In this document: positions 20,200 to 30,936 of the stretch, one piece after another
How the letters are laid out: each line of letters opens with the position of its first letter
Numbering within the stretch: the first letter of the stretch is position 1
Assembly: GCA_963764175.1 (NCBI GenBank)
Contig: CAVXRE010000014.1
Span: 56,833 to 120,832 of the forward strand
Direction of reading: 5' to 3'
DNA from: an uncultured Verrucomicrobiae bacterium
GTDB taxonomy: Bacteria; Verrucomicrobiota; Verrucomicrobiia; Limisphaerales; UBA11358
DNA: 64,000 nt
The notes under the pieces: model-generated
What the model was told of the DNA's origin: nothing
The model's database searches: none
Seen by the model: the letters and a program-made list of their open reading frames with translations, nothing else
Translations under genes and position numbers: made by a program

Positions 20200-20445
20200 A
20201 TGCAGGAGTTTCTGGAATACGTCGTCAAAGGACTTGTGCAACACCCGGACGCCGTGAGCGTCACGCCGGTGGAACGCGCGGGCATGACGGTTTATGAGCT
20301 CCGCATGGACCAGTCGGATGTGGGCAAAATCATCGGACGGCAGGGTGTGACGATCAACGCCATCCGCTCGTTGTTGCTGGCCGGCAGCGCCAGGAAGGGC
20401 TTGCGCTGCTCCGTGGAGATTGTCGAGGAAAAGCCGGCCGGCTGA
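20200..20445 (+). CDS. KH-domain RNA-binding protein (YlqC/UPF0109 family)
   Basis: The VGKIIGRQG KH motif is present, and the position immediately after rpsP is conserved. Confidence 0.8.
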   Translation: MQEFLEYVVKGLVQHPDAVSVTPVERAGMTVYELRMDQSDVGKIIGRQGVTINAIRSLLLAGSARKGLRCSVEIVEEKPAG

Positions 20446-20504
20446 ACTGTAGCAGCGGTCCATGACCGTCGGGCGAATCGACAATTTCGGAACGCCGCTG
20501 CAAA

Positions 20505-21170
20505 ATGAAAATTGACGTGCTCACTTTGTTCCCGGCGATGTTCGCCGGGCCGCTTGACGAAAGCATCGTCAAACGGGCGCGCGATGCCGGTCTGGTGGAT
20601 CTGAAAATCCACAACTTGCGCGACTGGACGCACGACCGGCACAAGACCGTGGACGACCGGCCGTTCGGCGGCGGACCGGGAATGTTGTTGAAGCCCGAAC
20701 CGCTCTTTGAAGCGATTGAAAGTTTGAAGCGCGAAAAAATGCGCGTGATTTTGCTGTCGCCCGCCGGGCGGCAATTCAATCAGGCCATCGCGCACGAACT
20801 GGCAAAAGAGGAAGATTTGCTGCTCGTCACCGGCCATTACGAAGGCTTTGACGAGCGGGTGCGGGAAAAAATTGCCGACGACGAGCTGTCCATAGGCGAT
20901 TACGTGCTGACGAACGGCGCGCTGCCCGCGATGGTGGTGATTGACGCGGTCGTGCGGCTGCTGCCCGGGGCGCTGGGCGACGATGAAAGTTCGCATGACG
21001 AATCGTTCAGCCACGGGCTGTTGGAATATCCGCAGTACACGCGGCCGGCGGAATTCCGCGGGATGAAGGTCCCGGAGATTTTGGTTTCCGGCAACCATGC
21101 TGAAATTGAAAAGTGGCGGCGTGAACAGGCAAAAGCGCGGACAAGAGAACGCAGACCGGATTTGATGTAG
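20505..21170 (+). CDS. trmD: tRNA (guanine37-N1)-methyltransferase
   Basis: [10 protein letters not shown]...[11 protein letters not shown] are canonical TrmD motifs. Confidence 0.95.
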   Translation: MKIDVLTLFPAMFAGPLDESIVKRARDAGLVDLKIHNLRDWTHDRHKTVDDRPFGGGPGMLLKPEPLFEAIESLKREKMRVILLSPAGRQFNQAIAHELAKEEDLLLVTGHYEGFDERVREKIADDELSIGDYVLTNGALPAMVVIDAVVRLLPGALGDDESSHDESFSHGLLEYPQYTRPAEFRGMKVPEILVSGNHAEIEKWRREQAKARTRERRPDLM

Positions 21171-21229
21171 CGGCGGTTTGTGACCGCAAAAAAATAAATG
21201 CGCCGCTTACTGAGCGCGCTGTAAATTTT

Positions 21230-21613
21230 ATGAACCAGGCATTACAGGAAAAAATTGAATCGGAACAGTATCGCAAGGACAAAACGGATTTTGCGGTGGG
21301 CGACAGCGTGCGCGTGCATACCAAAGTCGTCGAAGGCGACAAGGAACGCATCCAAATCTTCGCGGGCGTCGTCATCGGCAAACGCGGGCATGGCTTGAAC
21401 GAAACGTTCACCGTCCGGCGCATCAGCTACGGCGAGGGGGTCGAGCGCGTGTTCCCGCTGCATTCTCCGCGCGTGGACAAAATCGAGGTCGAACGGAAAG
21501 GCCAAGTCCGCCGCGCCAAGCTCACCTACCTGCGCGAACGTCTTGGCAAAGGCGCGACCCTCGTGCGCGAGAAGGAAGAAAAGGCTGTCGCCACGCCGGC
21601 GGCGGCGAAGTAA
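21230..21613 (+). CDS. rplS: 50S ribosomal protein L19
   Basis: Canonical L19 sequence ([10 protein letters not shown]...[18 protein letters not shown]). Confidence 0.95.
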   Translation: MNQALQEKIESEQYRKDKTDFAVGDSVRVHTKVVEGDKERIQIFAGVVIGKRGHGLNETFTVRRISYGEGVERVFPLHSPRVDKIEVERKGQVRRAKLTYLRERLGKGATLVREKEEKAVATPAAAK

Positions 21614-21633
21614 ACCGGGAAATTCTTCATAAA

Positions 21634-21660
21634 GGCGGGTATATTAGGCCCGCTTTTTTT
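21634..21660 (+). terminator. rho-independent terminator after rplS
   Basis: GCGGG - 9 nt loop - CCCGC hairpin followed by a T7 tract. Confidence 0.7.
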
Positions 21661-21699
21661 GCTGTTATTTCTTACCGGGCCTGCTAAACTGGCCTTTCT

Positions 21700-22125
21700 A
21701 TGCGCCAGCTTGCCGTTCAATTTCTGGACCAAGGGTTTCACCGGGTGCTCTTTGACGCCATGCCGATGCCGGTCTTCGTGGTGGACAAGGATTTATCCAT
21801 CTTCGACCACAATGCAGCGGCGGCGCGCCTGTTCGGGAAGGGCAAGAAACTCGTCATCCGGCGGCGCGGCGGAGAACTGCTGAACTGCGTGCATTCGATG
21901 AAAGGAGCCAGCGCTTGTGGCAGCGCTCCGGCCTGTCGCGATTGCATGGTGCTCAAGTCCGTGCGCACCGCCGCGCGGGGCCGCCGTGTCACGCGCCGAT
22001 GGGCACCAATGGAGCTGGTCCGCAATGGCAGGGTTGCCAAGGTGAAATTGCGGGTGAGTTGCCAGCCGTTCAACTACGGCCGCAGTTCATTCATCCTGCT
22101 CGTTCTCGAGGGCTTGAACGACTGA
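21700..22125 (+). CDS. hypothetical small protein with four-Cys cluster (possible PAS-like sensor fragment)
   Basis: CVHSMKGASACGSAPACRDC cluster. No confident domain assignment. Confidence 0.35.
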   Translation: MRQLAVQFLDQGFHRVLFDAMPMPVFVVDKDLSIFDHNAAAARLFGKGKKLVIRRRGGELLNCVHSMKGASACGSAPACRDCMVLKSVRTAARGRRVTRRWAPMELVRNGRVAKVKLRVSCQPFNYGRSSFILLVLEGLND

Positions 22126-22163
22126 ACCGGCGGACAAATTCCGCACGGCGGCCTTGAGCCGTT

Positions 22164-23282
22164 TTAATTGTCTGAAGCACGTGCCGCTGCCGCCATCGCA
22201 AGCTGCTCCTTTACAAACGCACCGAATACCGTCGGCTCATACTGCCAGTTTTTAATCAACGTTGGCCCGGCGGCAGTGTGCAAATCCCAAGCCGTCCAGT
22301 GGAGTTTGTGTTTTTGGACATACTTCATCAGGCTGCTGGCGTAGTTCAAATTGTTCGTGCTGTGTCCTTCAAAACCCCATTCGCCCACGTAAACCGGATA
22401 TTTCCAACTGATGTCGCCGAAGCTACGGTCCCAGTGTTTTTTGTTTGCGTACGGATGCGTTTCATAAAGGAAATTCAAACCTTTCATTCCATAACCGTGC
22501 ATCACGCCGCTCAAATCAAAACCCCAATCCAGCCCGGCGACGGTCACCAAATTGGTTGCCCCGGTTGACCGGACGGTGTCGTAAAGCTTCTGCAAACCCA
22601 CGGCTTCGTAAGTGACGACGCCCTGGTCAGGATTCCAGCGCGCCGGTTTGTCGGTGGCCGTTCCGCCATCGCGCCAAACCGCAAAAGACACATCATGTGG
22701 TTCATTGTAAAGTCCGAAAATGACATTCGGCTGGTTCTTGTAATGTGTCGCCATGTCCTGCCAGAAATCTACCGAATGTTTGTCCGGCATGTCATGCTGG
22801 CCAAGCCGGCCGCCTTCGTTGATCCAGGTGCCGCAATCCGACCAGTGCAAATCCAGATCAATGTACACGTGCGCCGCCGCGCAGGTGTCCACCAGTTTGT
22901 CCACTAGGGCGCGGTAAGCCGCGCCGCCGTCGGTTTGATTCGTCATTTTGCCGAACCAGCGGTCCTGCGCCAGCGGCAGCCGGATGAGATTGGCCTTCCA
23001 ATCGCTGATGGCGCGGTTCACGGATTCCTCGACGTGGTCGCCGCCGTTTGTCCATTCCAACGAGGCGATGTTGACACCGCAGAGCAGGACTCGTTTGCCG
23101 CCGGCATCGAACACCTTTTTCCCCTTGGTGTGCAGACTCATCGAGTCGAGCTTGGGATCAAACGACCGGGTCTGGCTTGCCATCAATCCGTTTTCCGCAG
23201 GCTGGCTTTTTCCCGTCGATTGAAACAGCACGAATAATCCCAATGCAGCCAGCATTGCCTTCAGAAAATTCAATTTTAGCAT
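22164..23282 (-). CDS. secreted glycoside hydrolase family 5 (cellulase-like)
   Basis: Signal peptide. The NEP catalytic-acid motif (GLYNEPH) and the nucleophile context (VGEWGF) are typical of GH5. Confidence 0.7.
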   Translation of the reverse strand: MLKLNFLKAMLAALGLFVLFQSTGKSQPAENGLMASQTRSFDPKLDSMSLHTKGKKVFDAGGKRVLLCGVNIASLEWTNGGDHVEESVNRAISDWKANLIRLPLAQDRWFGKMTNQTDGGAAYRALVDKLVDTCAAAHVYIDLDLHWSDCGTWINEGGRLGQHDMPDKHSVDFWQDMATHYKNQPNVIFGLYNEPHDVSFAVWRDGGTATDKPARWNPDQGVVTYEAVGLQKLYDTVRSTGATNLVTVAGLDWGFDLSGVMHGYGMKGLNFLYETHPYANKKHWDRSFGDISWKYPVYVGEWGFEGHSTNNLNYASSLMKYVQKHKLHWTAWDLHTAAGPTLIKNWQYEPTVFGAFVKEQLAMAAAARASDN

Positions 23283-23314
23283 GGGAAACATGTACCAGTT
23301 GGCCCGGAAAAATA

Positions 23315-23848
23315 TCAAACGCAAATTTTAGTGACAGCTCCCCTGTAAATCTCCAATGCCCCCGCGCTGAAGCAAACCAGAACCACCTTTTCCACCGAAC
23401 GGTCTTGCTCCAGAAAATCTTTCGTCTCGCAGACGGCAATACGCGCCGCGCGATCCACCGGAAAGCCGTACGCGCCGGCGCTGACGGACGGAAACGCCAC
23501 GGCTTTGATTCCATGCTGGAGGACGATTTCAAAGCAGCTTCGATAACAGCTTGCGAGCAACTCATCTTCGCCGTGGTTGCCGCCGCGCCAGACCGGGCCG
23601 ACGGTGTGAATGACCCATTTGGCGGGAAGTTTGTAGCCGTGCGTGATTTTGGCCTGTCCGGTCGCGCAACCGCCGAGCGTGCGGCATTCCGCCAGCAATT
23701 CCGGACCTGCAGCGCGATGAATTGCGCCATCCACTCCTCCTCCGCCGAGCAATGTCGTATTTGCGGCATTCACAATTGCGTCCACACGTTGTCGCGTGAT
23801 GTCGCCGGCAATGACGGCCAGACGGTTTGAAATATTTTCGCCGGACAT
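23315..23848 (-). CDS. macro-domain protein (O-acetyl-ADP-ribose deacetylase type)
   Basis: [26 protein letters not shown] is the macro-domain signature. Confidence 0.8.
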   Translation of the reverse strand: MSGENISNRLAVIAGDITRQRVDAIVNAANTTLLGGGGVDGAIHRAAGPELLAECRTLGGCATGQAKITHGYKLPAKWVIHTVGPVWRGGNHGEDELLASCYRSCFEIVLQHGIKAVAFPSVSAGAYGFPVDRAARIAVCETKDFLEQDRSVEKVVLVCFSAGALEIYRGAVTKICV

Positions 23849-23968
23849 GGAGAATTCTCAAATCCAACTTGCTTTGAATGGGGCTTTCAATTCTGAAGCC
23901 TGCTTGAATTGTTTACCCGGTGTGGCGAACGCGGCTGATAACCAGCCAAGACAGCAACCTCGTCGTGG

Positions 23969-24844
23969 TTAATAAACAACCTTGTTCAGCGGATATTCGA
24001 TGATGCCTTCCGCGCCGGCGGTCTTGAGCTGCGGAATCAGTTCACGGACGACGTGCTCGTCAATAATTGTTTCCACCGCCACCCAGCCCTTCAGGCTCAG
24101 GCTGGAAATCGTCGGGTTGCGCAATGCAGGCAGATTTTTCAGCAGCTTCGCCAGATTTTTCTCGGCGATGTTCATCTTCAAACCGACCTTGGCTTCCGCC
24201 TCGAGCGCGCCTTTGAGCAGCAGCGCCAGCGTCTCCATCTTTCTGCGCTTCCATGGGTCTTTCCACGCCTGATGATTGGCGATGAGCCGGGGCGTGGAAG
24301 TGAGCAGCGTGTCCACAATGCGCAGCTTGTTCGCGCGCAGTGACGAACCGGTCTCGGTCAATTCCACGATCGCGTCCACCAGCTCGTGCGCCTTCACTTC
24401 AGTGGCGCCCCACGAAAATTCCACCTCCGCCTTCACGCCATGCCGGCGAAGGTATTTTCTTGTGAGGTTGACGACCTCGGTCGCGATGCGTTTACCCTTC
24501 AAATCCTTCACCGATTTGACGGGTGAATTTTCCGGCACGGCCAGCACCCACCGCGCCGGTTGCCGTGTCGTCTTGCTGAAAAGAAATTCGGCGACCTCGT
24601 GGACATTCGAACCGTTCTCGACAATCCAGTCATGACCGGTGATGCCGCCGTCAAGATAGCCGTGCTCGACGTAGCGGCTGATTTCCTGCGAGCGGATCAG
24701 GCGAATCTCCAGTTCGGCGTCGTCCACGTAAGGCACGTAGGAGCGGCTGCTGACCGTGATGTTGTAGCCCGCCTTCGCCATTTTTTGGATGGTGGCTTCC
24801 TGCAAACTGCCTTTCGGCAGACCGAATTTTAATTTTTTGCTCAT
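23969..24844 (-). CDS. hisG: ATP phosphoribosyltransferase, long form
   Basis: The N-terminal [14 protein letters not shown] is present. The 290 aa length implies the C-terminal regulatory domain is present. Confidence 0.9.
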   Translation of the reverse strand: MSKKLKFGLPKGSLQEATIQKMAKAGYNITVSSRSYVPYVDDAELEIRLIRSQEISRYVEHGYLDGGITGHDWIVENGSNVHEVAEFLFSKTTRQPARWVLAVPENSPVKSVKDLKGKRIATEVVNLTRKYLRRHGVKAEVEFSWGATEVKAHELVDAIVELTETGSSLRANKLRIVDTLLTSTPRLIANHQAWKDPWKRRKMETLALLLKGALEAEAKVGLKMNIAEKNLAKLLKNLPALRNPTISSLSLKGWVAVETIIDEHVVRELIPQLKTAGAEGIIEYPLNKVVY

Positions 24845-25014
24845 CTTGCTCCCGAAAATCCCGCTTCACGCGTGTGATGGGGTTAATCTGCCAAGTTCAG
24901 CCCGGAAACGCCACTTTCTTCTTTTTCCTTTTCATTGCAATAACAAAAACATTGGGCATTGGGCATGGCGGTTCGGTGGTAGGTTTTTCTGTTTTATAAG
25001 TTAAATCCCATTCT

Positions 25015-25545
25015 TCATTTTACGTCTTCAATCGTCCATTCGCCGTCCACTTTTTTCAGCGAGAAGGTGTAGTGCCCGGTGACTGCATCGCCCGCATACC
25101 ATTTGCCGATCGCTTCAACTGTGTCCCCTTCGGGGTCGAGGGCGTCCACGCTCAAAATCATCGCCGACCCGCCGGTGTCCTTGTCAACCGGCGACCGGCC
25201 CGGTCGCAATTCGGCGCGGTAGGCCGCCTTGATGGGTGGGACGTGGCCGGGAAATGTCCGTCTGACTGCCTCGACCTCCGCGTCATCGGCTTGCAAAAAA
25301 ATCGCCGTGTATCCGCCGTCATCCCAAAAATGGCGTTGCAGCAGATAACCATAGACCGCCATTTCCACCTTGAGCAAATCGTCTTTTTCCAGTCCTGGCG
25401 TCCGTGGCGGGGAGGCGGTCACGACCGCGTTTGTAGGTTCCGGCAGGCGCTCGTCATTGAACCGGATTACTTCCTTGTCCGAAAAACAACCGGTGGCGAG
25501 ACACGCCGACAACAAGGCGAACAAAAATAAAACTGCCGTTTTCAC
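25015..25545 (-). CDS. hypothetical lipoprotein
   Basis: GTG start, then a signal peptide with lipobox (LATGC). No known domain. Confidence 0.4.
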   Translation of the reverse strand: MKTAVLFLFALLSACLATGCFSDKEVIRFNDERLPEPTNAVVTASPPRTPGLEKDDLLKVEMAVYGYLLQRHFWDDGGYTAIFLQADDAEVEAVRRTFPGHVPPIKAAYRAELRPGRSPVDKDTGGSAMILSVDALDPEGDTVEAIGKWYAGDAVTGHYTFSLKKVDGEWTIEDVK

Positions 25546-26162
25546 GGGTTTTCCCAAATCACCCTTCGTCCGGCCACTGAAACCTGCCCACGCGCAATCG
25601 CCTCCACACATTTCGGGTAAAGCTCGTGTTCCGCCGTGTGAATCCGCTGAATCAAAGTTTCCGGCGTGTCATTGTCGAGCACCGGCACGGTTTGCTGGCC
25701 AATGATGGCTCCGGAATCCACGCCCGCATCCACGAAATGCACCGTGCAACCCGTCAACTTTACTCCGTAATCCAGCGCCTGCTTCCACGCTTCGAGGCCG
25801 GGAAACGACGGCAGCAGCGACGGATGAATGTTCACGATGCGGCCTTCAAACGCACGAAGGAAATCGCCCTTCAGCACCCGCATGAAGCCCGCGAGCACAA
25901 TCAAATCCGCTTTTGCTTCCTGCAGCGCACCGACGAATGCCCGCTCCGCCTCTTCGTCCAGTTTGGTGCGGAATTTCCCCGGCGGAATGAACCTGGCTGG
26001 GATCCTCTGTTCGCGCGCGTGCGACAAAATCCCCGCGCTTTCGACATCACTCAAGACGAGTGCGACCTCCGCCGGAATTTTTCCTGACGCGCACGCCCCG
26101 GCAATTGCGGCAAAGTTGGTGCCTTTGCCGGAACCGAGGACGCCCAATCGGAATGAATTGCT
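25542..26162 (-). CDS. purN: phosphoribosylglycinamide formyltransferase
   Basis: LGVLGSGKGTNFAAI at the N-terminus, and SLLPSFPG downstream. The start is placed at the GTG (VSNSF); the ORF track extends it to 26225. Confidence 0.85.
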   Translation of the reverse strand, partial: SNSFRLGVLGSGKGTNFAAIAGACASGKIPAEVALVLSDVESAGILSHAREQRIPARFIPPGKFRTKLDEEAERAFVGALQEAKADLIVLAGFMRVLKGDFLRAFEGRIVNIHPSLLPSFPGLEAWKQALDYGVKLTGCTVHFVDAGVDSGAIIGQQTVPVLDNDTPETLIQRIHTAEHELYPKCVEAIARGQVSVAGRRVIWENP

Positions 26163-26223
26163 CACCGCGATTTGAATAACAGAACAACCGTCCGAAAGCA
26201 AATGCGTCTGGACAGCCAAAAAC

Positions 26224-26772
26224 ATGTCCTTATTTTTAAATCAGAGACCGATGGGCAATTTTTACACCAATTTCACAATTTTTGACGCGGACATTGAAGA
26301 GGTGACGGCCGCCGCCAAAGAATTGAAACGCGAGGCTTATATTCTGAAGTCCGGCAACGATGTCGTGGTTTTTGATCGCGATTGCGATGAGCAAGATGTC
26401 GAAGAAATCGAGATGCTCGGCACCGCCCTTTCGAAAAAATTGGGCGTCCGCATCCTGGCTTGCCTCAATCACGACGATGACCATCTTTTGCTTTGGATCT
26501 TTGAAGGCAAAAACAGGCGGGCGTCTTATCAATCAATCCTGGATGCGCCGCGATTTGCCTGGGCGCTTTCAAAATTCCGAGGCGGTTTTTTGACTTATCC
26601 GTTTGTTTTTGCCGTACTCGCCTGGCCGATCTTCATTTTCCAGGTGTTTAGACATCAGGCACTCAAGAAGCTGCTTTTATTGCCAAGTTCATCGGTGGGT
26701 CTGGGCTGTGCTTACCTTTCAAAGGGAGAAATTCCCCCGAATCTTCCGGCTGAAGATATCAGGCAAATATAG
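26224..26772 (+). CDS. hypothetical protein with C-terminal hydrophobic segment
   Basis: ORF only. It is divergent from purN. Confidence 0.3.
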   Translation: MSLFLNQRPMGNFYTNFTIFDADIEEVTAAAKELKREAYILKSGNDVVVFDRDCDEQDVEEIEMLGTALSKKLGVRILACLNHDDDHLLLWIFEGKNRRASYQSILDAPRFAWALSKFRGGFLTYPFVFAVLAWPIFIFQVFRHQALKKLLLLPSSSVGLGCAYLSKGEIPPNLPAEDIRQI

Positions 26773-26854
26773 CAAATCTGAAAGTTAAGCTCCGTCCATT
26801 AAATCGAATTTCAGGGATTTTTTAATATCACTGCGCGCGGCCTGAAAAATCATA

Positions 26855-28183
26855 TTGAATTTTCGACGTGCTTTTGTTCTTCAAATGGTTTTCATTGGTG
26901 GCGTGACAATCTGGATACTGGCTCTGGTATTGCTGGCGTCGTTGGCTGCGCTTGGTTATCGGCAGGGAGCGATCCGCGTGGTGTTTTCATTTGCCGGCAT
27001 CGTTTTTGCCGGTTTGCTCGCCGCACCGCTGGGAGAACATTTCAAGCCGCTGATGCCGCACGCGGGCATTCACAATCCGATGTTGATCTGGATTCTGGGA
27101 CCGCTGGAAGCATTCGTTCTGGTGCTGATTTTGTTCAAGATCGCCGGCTCCGTCGTGCATCGCCAGACGGAGCTGCATTACAAATACCAAGCCGATGATT
27201 TGAAGTTCGCGTTGTGGGAGCGGCTGAATCGCAGGCTTGGTCTCTGCCTCGGTGTGCTGAACGGCGCCGCTTATTTCGTGTTGATCTGCTTTGCTCTTTT
27301 CAACTTCAGTTATGGCACGGTGCAAATCGCCTCGTCCGACAGCCAGACATGGTCAACACGGCTGATCAACAAGTTCGGGCACGATTTGGAAAGCACCGGC
27401 ATGAACAAGGCCGCACGCGCCGTCGCCACGTTGCCGGAAAGTTATTACAAAACCGCGGACCTGGCGGGCTTGCTTTGCCAAAACCCGCAATTGGGCGACC
27501 GTTTCGTTCGTTACCCGGCGTTCCTCTCGTTGCTGGAACGCGACGACCTCAAACAACTCGCGCAGGACAGCACCTTCACCAGCGCCTTTCAAGGGGGCGC
27601 GCCGATGGGCCAATTGTTCGACGACCCACAAATCAAAGCCATTCTGCAAAACAATGATCTTATCCACACCGTCTGGGAAAACTTGCAGACCAACATGGAC
27701 GACTTGGTGGGCTACCTTAAAACCGGCCAGTCTTCCAAGTATGATTCCGAAAAAATGCTGGGCTTCTGGGATTTCAACCCAGTCACCACCGCCGCACTGC
27801 TGCCCATCGCGCAACCAAAGATTTCGCCCGCCCAAATGATGTTCGCGCGCCTTTGGATGACCAATTATTTACAAACCGTTCTTGTCGTCGTGCCGGACCA
27901 TCAAGTTTTCCTGCACAATCTGCCGCGCTTGAAATCATCGCCGGTGGGTGAAACAGCGACGCTGCACTTGTGGCCCATCATCATTTACGGGATTCGCAGC
28001 GGTTCGCTGCCGAACACGGAAGCCTCGACGCTGCCGGGCCAATGGGAAAGCGCTGATGGCGGTTACAAATTGTCCTTTACCAACAATGGCAAAACCGACT
28101 CTTTGGAGGTCCAAATCATAAACGACCGGCTGACAATGACGACCTCCGACGGGGATGCCATGGTCTTTGACCGGGAGCAGTAG
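26855..28183 (+). CDS. CvpA-family membrane protein with long C-terminal soluble extension
   Basis: The N-terminal 4-TM region (VTIWILALVLLASLAALGYRQG...FAGIVFAGLLAAPLG) resembles CvpA. Confidence 0.5.
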   Translation: MNFRRAFVLQMVFIGGVTIWILALVLLASLAALGYRQGAIRVVFSFAGIVFAGLLAAPLGEHFKPLMPHAGIHNPMLIWILGPLEAFVLVLILFKIAGSVVHRQTELHYKYQADDLKFALWERLNRRLGLCLGVLNGAAYFVLICFALFNFSYGTVQIASSDSQTWSTRLINKFGHDLESTGMNKAARAVATLPESYYKTADLAGLLCQNPQLGDRFVRYPAFLSLLERDDLKQLAQDSTFTSAFQGGAPMGQLFDDPQIKAILQNNDLIHTVWENLQTNMDDLVGYLKTGQSSKYDSEKMLGFWDFNPVTTAALLPIAQPKISPAQMMFARLWMTNYLQTVLVVVPDHQVFLHNLPRLKSSPVGETATLHLWPIIIYGIRSGSLPNTEASTLPGQWESADGGYKLSFTNNGKTDSLEVQIINDRLTMTTSDGDAMVFDREQ

Positions 28184-28315
28184 ATTCCCAAAAACCATCT
28201 GGTTTTTAAACACCACGGCATTTAAAAAGCGGGTAAAAACGTTATTCTACCTGCAATCTTCCGCTTTCGCGGTGAGGCGCCCAAAAAACGGCGTGGCTTA
28301 TGCTATAAGGCGGGC

Positions 28316-28738
28316 ATGGGTGTATCGCACATAGCAGTCATTGCAGCTATCAGCCTTTCGGGGCTGCTGCCATCCAGTTGCACGAAGACTTTTTCTGCAA
28401 GGGAGGCGAAGAAAAACGCCCCGGCTCCAGCCCCGGTTGTGGAAAAGCCAAGCCCGGTGGTTCCGACGCTCTCGAACACCAAAGATCTCGGCGAGCTTGC
28501 ACTGACCAATCGCTATGAAACCCGCGTCGAACTTGGCGCGGGCCGGAGTTGCACCATCACACCAAAACTTCTCGATCGCGACAACCTCCAACTCACAATG
28601 GCCCTTCAATCCACGAATCCCAATGGCAAGACAGCGGGCTTTATTGTCACCCAGGTGGTTACCCGCCCCGGCAAGCCTTTTGACGTGGCGATCGGCGATA
28701 TGGACATTACCATCACGCCGGAAATTGCCCAGGAATGA
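28316..28738 (+). CDS. hypothetical lipoprotein
   Basis: Signal peptide with Cys (LPSSC). No domain. Confidence 0.35.
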   Translation: MGVSHIAVIAAISLSGLLPSSCTKTFSAREAKKNAPAPAPVVEKPSPVVPTLSNTKDLGELALTNRYETRVELGAGRSCTITPKLLDRDNLQLTMALQSTNPNGKTAGFIVTQVVTRPGKPFDVAIGDMDITITPEIAQE

Positions 28739-29033
28739 AAATCGGCGGGCGAAAAGATTCGCACCGCAGGGATGTCTTGAAGTTTTTCAACCGCGCGGTT
28801 AGTACACAAGAACGTACCGCATTAAATTCACTATGCCCACCAAAATCACGGGAACAACCACGCTGCCCCAGACATCAATTTGGATGTTTCGCGCGTCGTT
28901 GACTGGTCTGATTGACGCGATTGTATGGTAAAGTTTGCTGCGATTTACATTGGCCGTAACGATGCTCATAACCGGCTTTAAAGCAAACCCGGTGCCAAAG
29001 TAAACACCCTGAAACCTGCGATTTATGGGGAAA

Positions 29034-29111
<78 letters not shown>

Positions 29112-29274
29112 AACCATCGCCGGAATCTTAACCTGTCCACAACCGGATTCAATCATGAAACGTTGCAAATAAGGCGCAATCGGGATTTTCCGGAAGTGTC
29201 GATCTCCAAAAGGACAGCCATTTCGTTCTGATTTTGAGCGTCGGGCCTGGAAATTGCGCGCCTTCAATGCCGTC

Positions 29275-30189
29275 TTACCGCTTGTTTCGCGGTTGAATGA
29301 TTTTTGGACGGATTGGCGGAGGCATCGGAATCTTCGGCGGCATGGGCGGCGGTTCGGCCATTTCCGGCGGACGCGACCGTTCTTTCCCGGCGAATTCCAC
29401 AACCTGCCCTGCGATTTTCTGCACCGATTCAGCAACCGGCGCCGCCTTGCCGATTGTTTCAGCAGCCCCGGTTTCAATTTTCCCGGCCTGCTTCGACAGC
29501 CAGTCTTCGGCTTTTGTCGCATATTCGCCAATCTTTGTCTCGGGAAATTTCATCTCGCCGATGTTGAAATTGCCAAGCGCCTGCATCCCCTGACCGATGG
29601 GGCCAGCCACCGGTTCGCGCAACTGGCTGCCGGCCGTTTCCAAAGTCTGATAGCCGTTTACAATCCAGTCCAGTTTGCCGGTCTCAATATCAAGCAACAA
29701 CCCATGCACGGGAATTTTCGGACCGATGAGCGGGCTGTGCCGGACGATATCCACCGCCTTGATCACATTTTGCCGTTCGCTGCTGAACAAGCCGAAAAAT
29801 TCGTTGAGATTGTCCGGCAACGAATGCCGCTCGACGCCCAGCTCCTTGAATTTGTCCAGCAACTGCAAGGCGGTGGTTCTACAGACCAGGCAATCCGTGT
29901 GGCCGATGATGGCGATTTCGCGTCCGCCTTTGACCGCGCAGGCCAGGGCCAGCGTACGGGTCATCGAACTCATGGGATCAAAGATGATGTTGCCTGCGTT
30001 GCGCAGCCAGATGAATTGGTCAGCCGGCAGCGCAAGGGCATTTGGGAAAAATGCATTCAGCCGCGGGTCAATGCACGTCAATGCGATGACCGGCAATTCG
30101 TCTGCATAATCTGCCGGATGCAATCCAGCCGTCGTGTCACCGGCCACCGCCCGGTGGTTCGCGTCAATGATGGCTTCGAAGAGGCGCAT
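29275..30189 (-). CDS. beta-class carbonic anhydrase-like domain fused to C-terminal extension with Pro-rich tail
   Basis: CIDPR (CxDxR) and GHTDC (HxxC) zinc-ligand motifs at the appropriate spacing. The C-terminus contains PPPMPPKIPMPPPIRP. Confidence 0.5.
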   Translation of the reverse strand: MRLFEAIIDANHRAVAGDTTAGLHPADYADELPVIALTCIDPRLNAFFPNALALPADQFIWLRNAGNIIFDPMSSMTRTLALACAVKGGREIAIIGHTDCLVCRTTALQLLDKFKELGVERHSLPDNLNEFFGLFSSERQNVIKAVDIVRHSPLIGPKIPVHGLLLDIETGKLDWIVNGYQTLETAGSQLREPVAGPIGQGMQALGNFNIGEMKFPETKIGEYATKAEDWLSKQAGKIETGAAETIGKAAPVAESVQKIAGQVVEFAGKERSRPPEMAEPPPMPPKIPMPPPIRPKIIQPRNKR

Positions 30190-30393
30190 ATAAATTCACG
30201 GTTTAATACCTTTATTATTTTTCCCGCTTGCAGAAATTATAAATTAGGACCGCAATTAACGAGCCCGAAAAGAGTACAATTTTTGGCAATAGTGGCTGAT
30301 TTAAGTCTAACAAATACCTGAGTCCCTGCAAAGTCCCAAAAGCAAAAAACACAGAAAAGAGCATCACAAATTATTACTTCCTATTCACGTTAT

Positions 30394-30930
30394 TTATCTC
30401 CAATCAACAAATGGCAGCGGCACCTCTCTAAAAATGCTTAATTTACGTGGGCCCGCTGAAAGACATTTCCAAACTCCGTCCTCTTTATGCCACCAAACTG
30501 TAGAATATGACACTTCATAATCTGGAAGCTCGGTAAATTTACATATGAGAATCGCTTCGTCGACATTGGTTGAACCATAAGAACTTCGAAACCCAACAGA
30601 TAAAACATCATAGTTAACTAACCCCCAAAGTTTTTCAGCGTTTTTTGCCTCTGCAAGATAATCAGACTCCCGAACGTCTTCTCGGAAAGCTTTTGCGCGC
30701 AGTTCATAAGTATCGTGCCATTGTTTATCCCGCAACAATTGATAAAATCTTTTCAGGTCATGCGCTAATGTGCTCGCGGCATCCATCATAACTGGATCAG
30801 CATACTGAGCGGTTTCATCTAATATGCTAGTATTAGGATGCCAATCATTTGTGCTTGTTTCTTGGGAATGTGCTGCACATACGACTGACATCGCAATTAA
30901 ACAAATTTTTGGTAAATTGTAACGATTCAT
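30394..30930 (-). CDS. hypothetical secreted protein in AT-richer islet
   Basis: Signal peptide. Local GC is well below the flanks. Confidence 0.4.
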   Translation of the reverse strand: MNRYNLPKICLIAMSVVCAAHSQETSTNDWHPNTSILDETAQYADPVMMDAASTLAHDLKRFYQLLRDKQWHDTYELRAKAFREDVRESDYLAEAKNAEKLWGLVNYDVLSVGFRSSYGSTNVDEAILICKFTELPDYEVSYSTVWWHKEDGVWKCLSAGPRKLSIFREVPLPFVDWR

Positions 30931-30936
30931 AAATCT

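Noticed and set aside
26224-26225. Head-to-head 2-bp overlap of purN (ORF-track start 26225) with the divergent hypothetical gene
   Set aside because: purN more plausibly starts at the GTG at 26162 (VSNSFRLGVLGSG matches PurN N-termini), giving a normal 60-bp divergent intergenic region.
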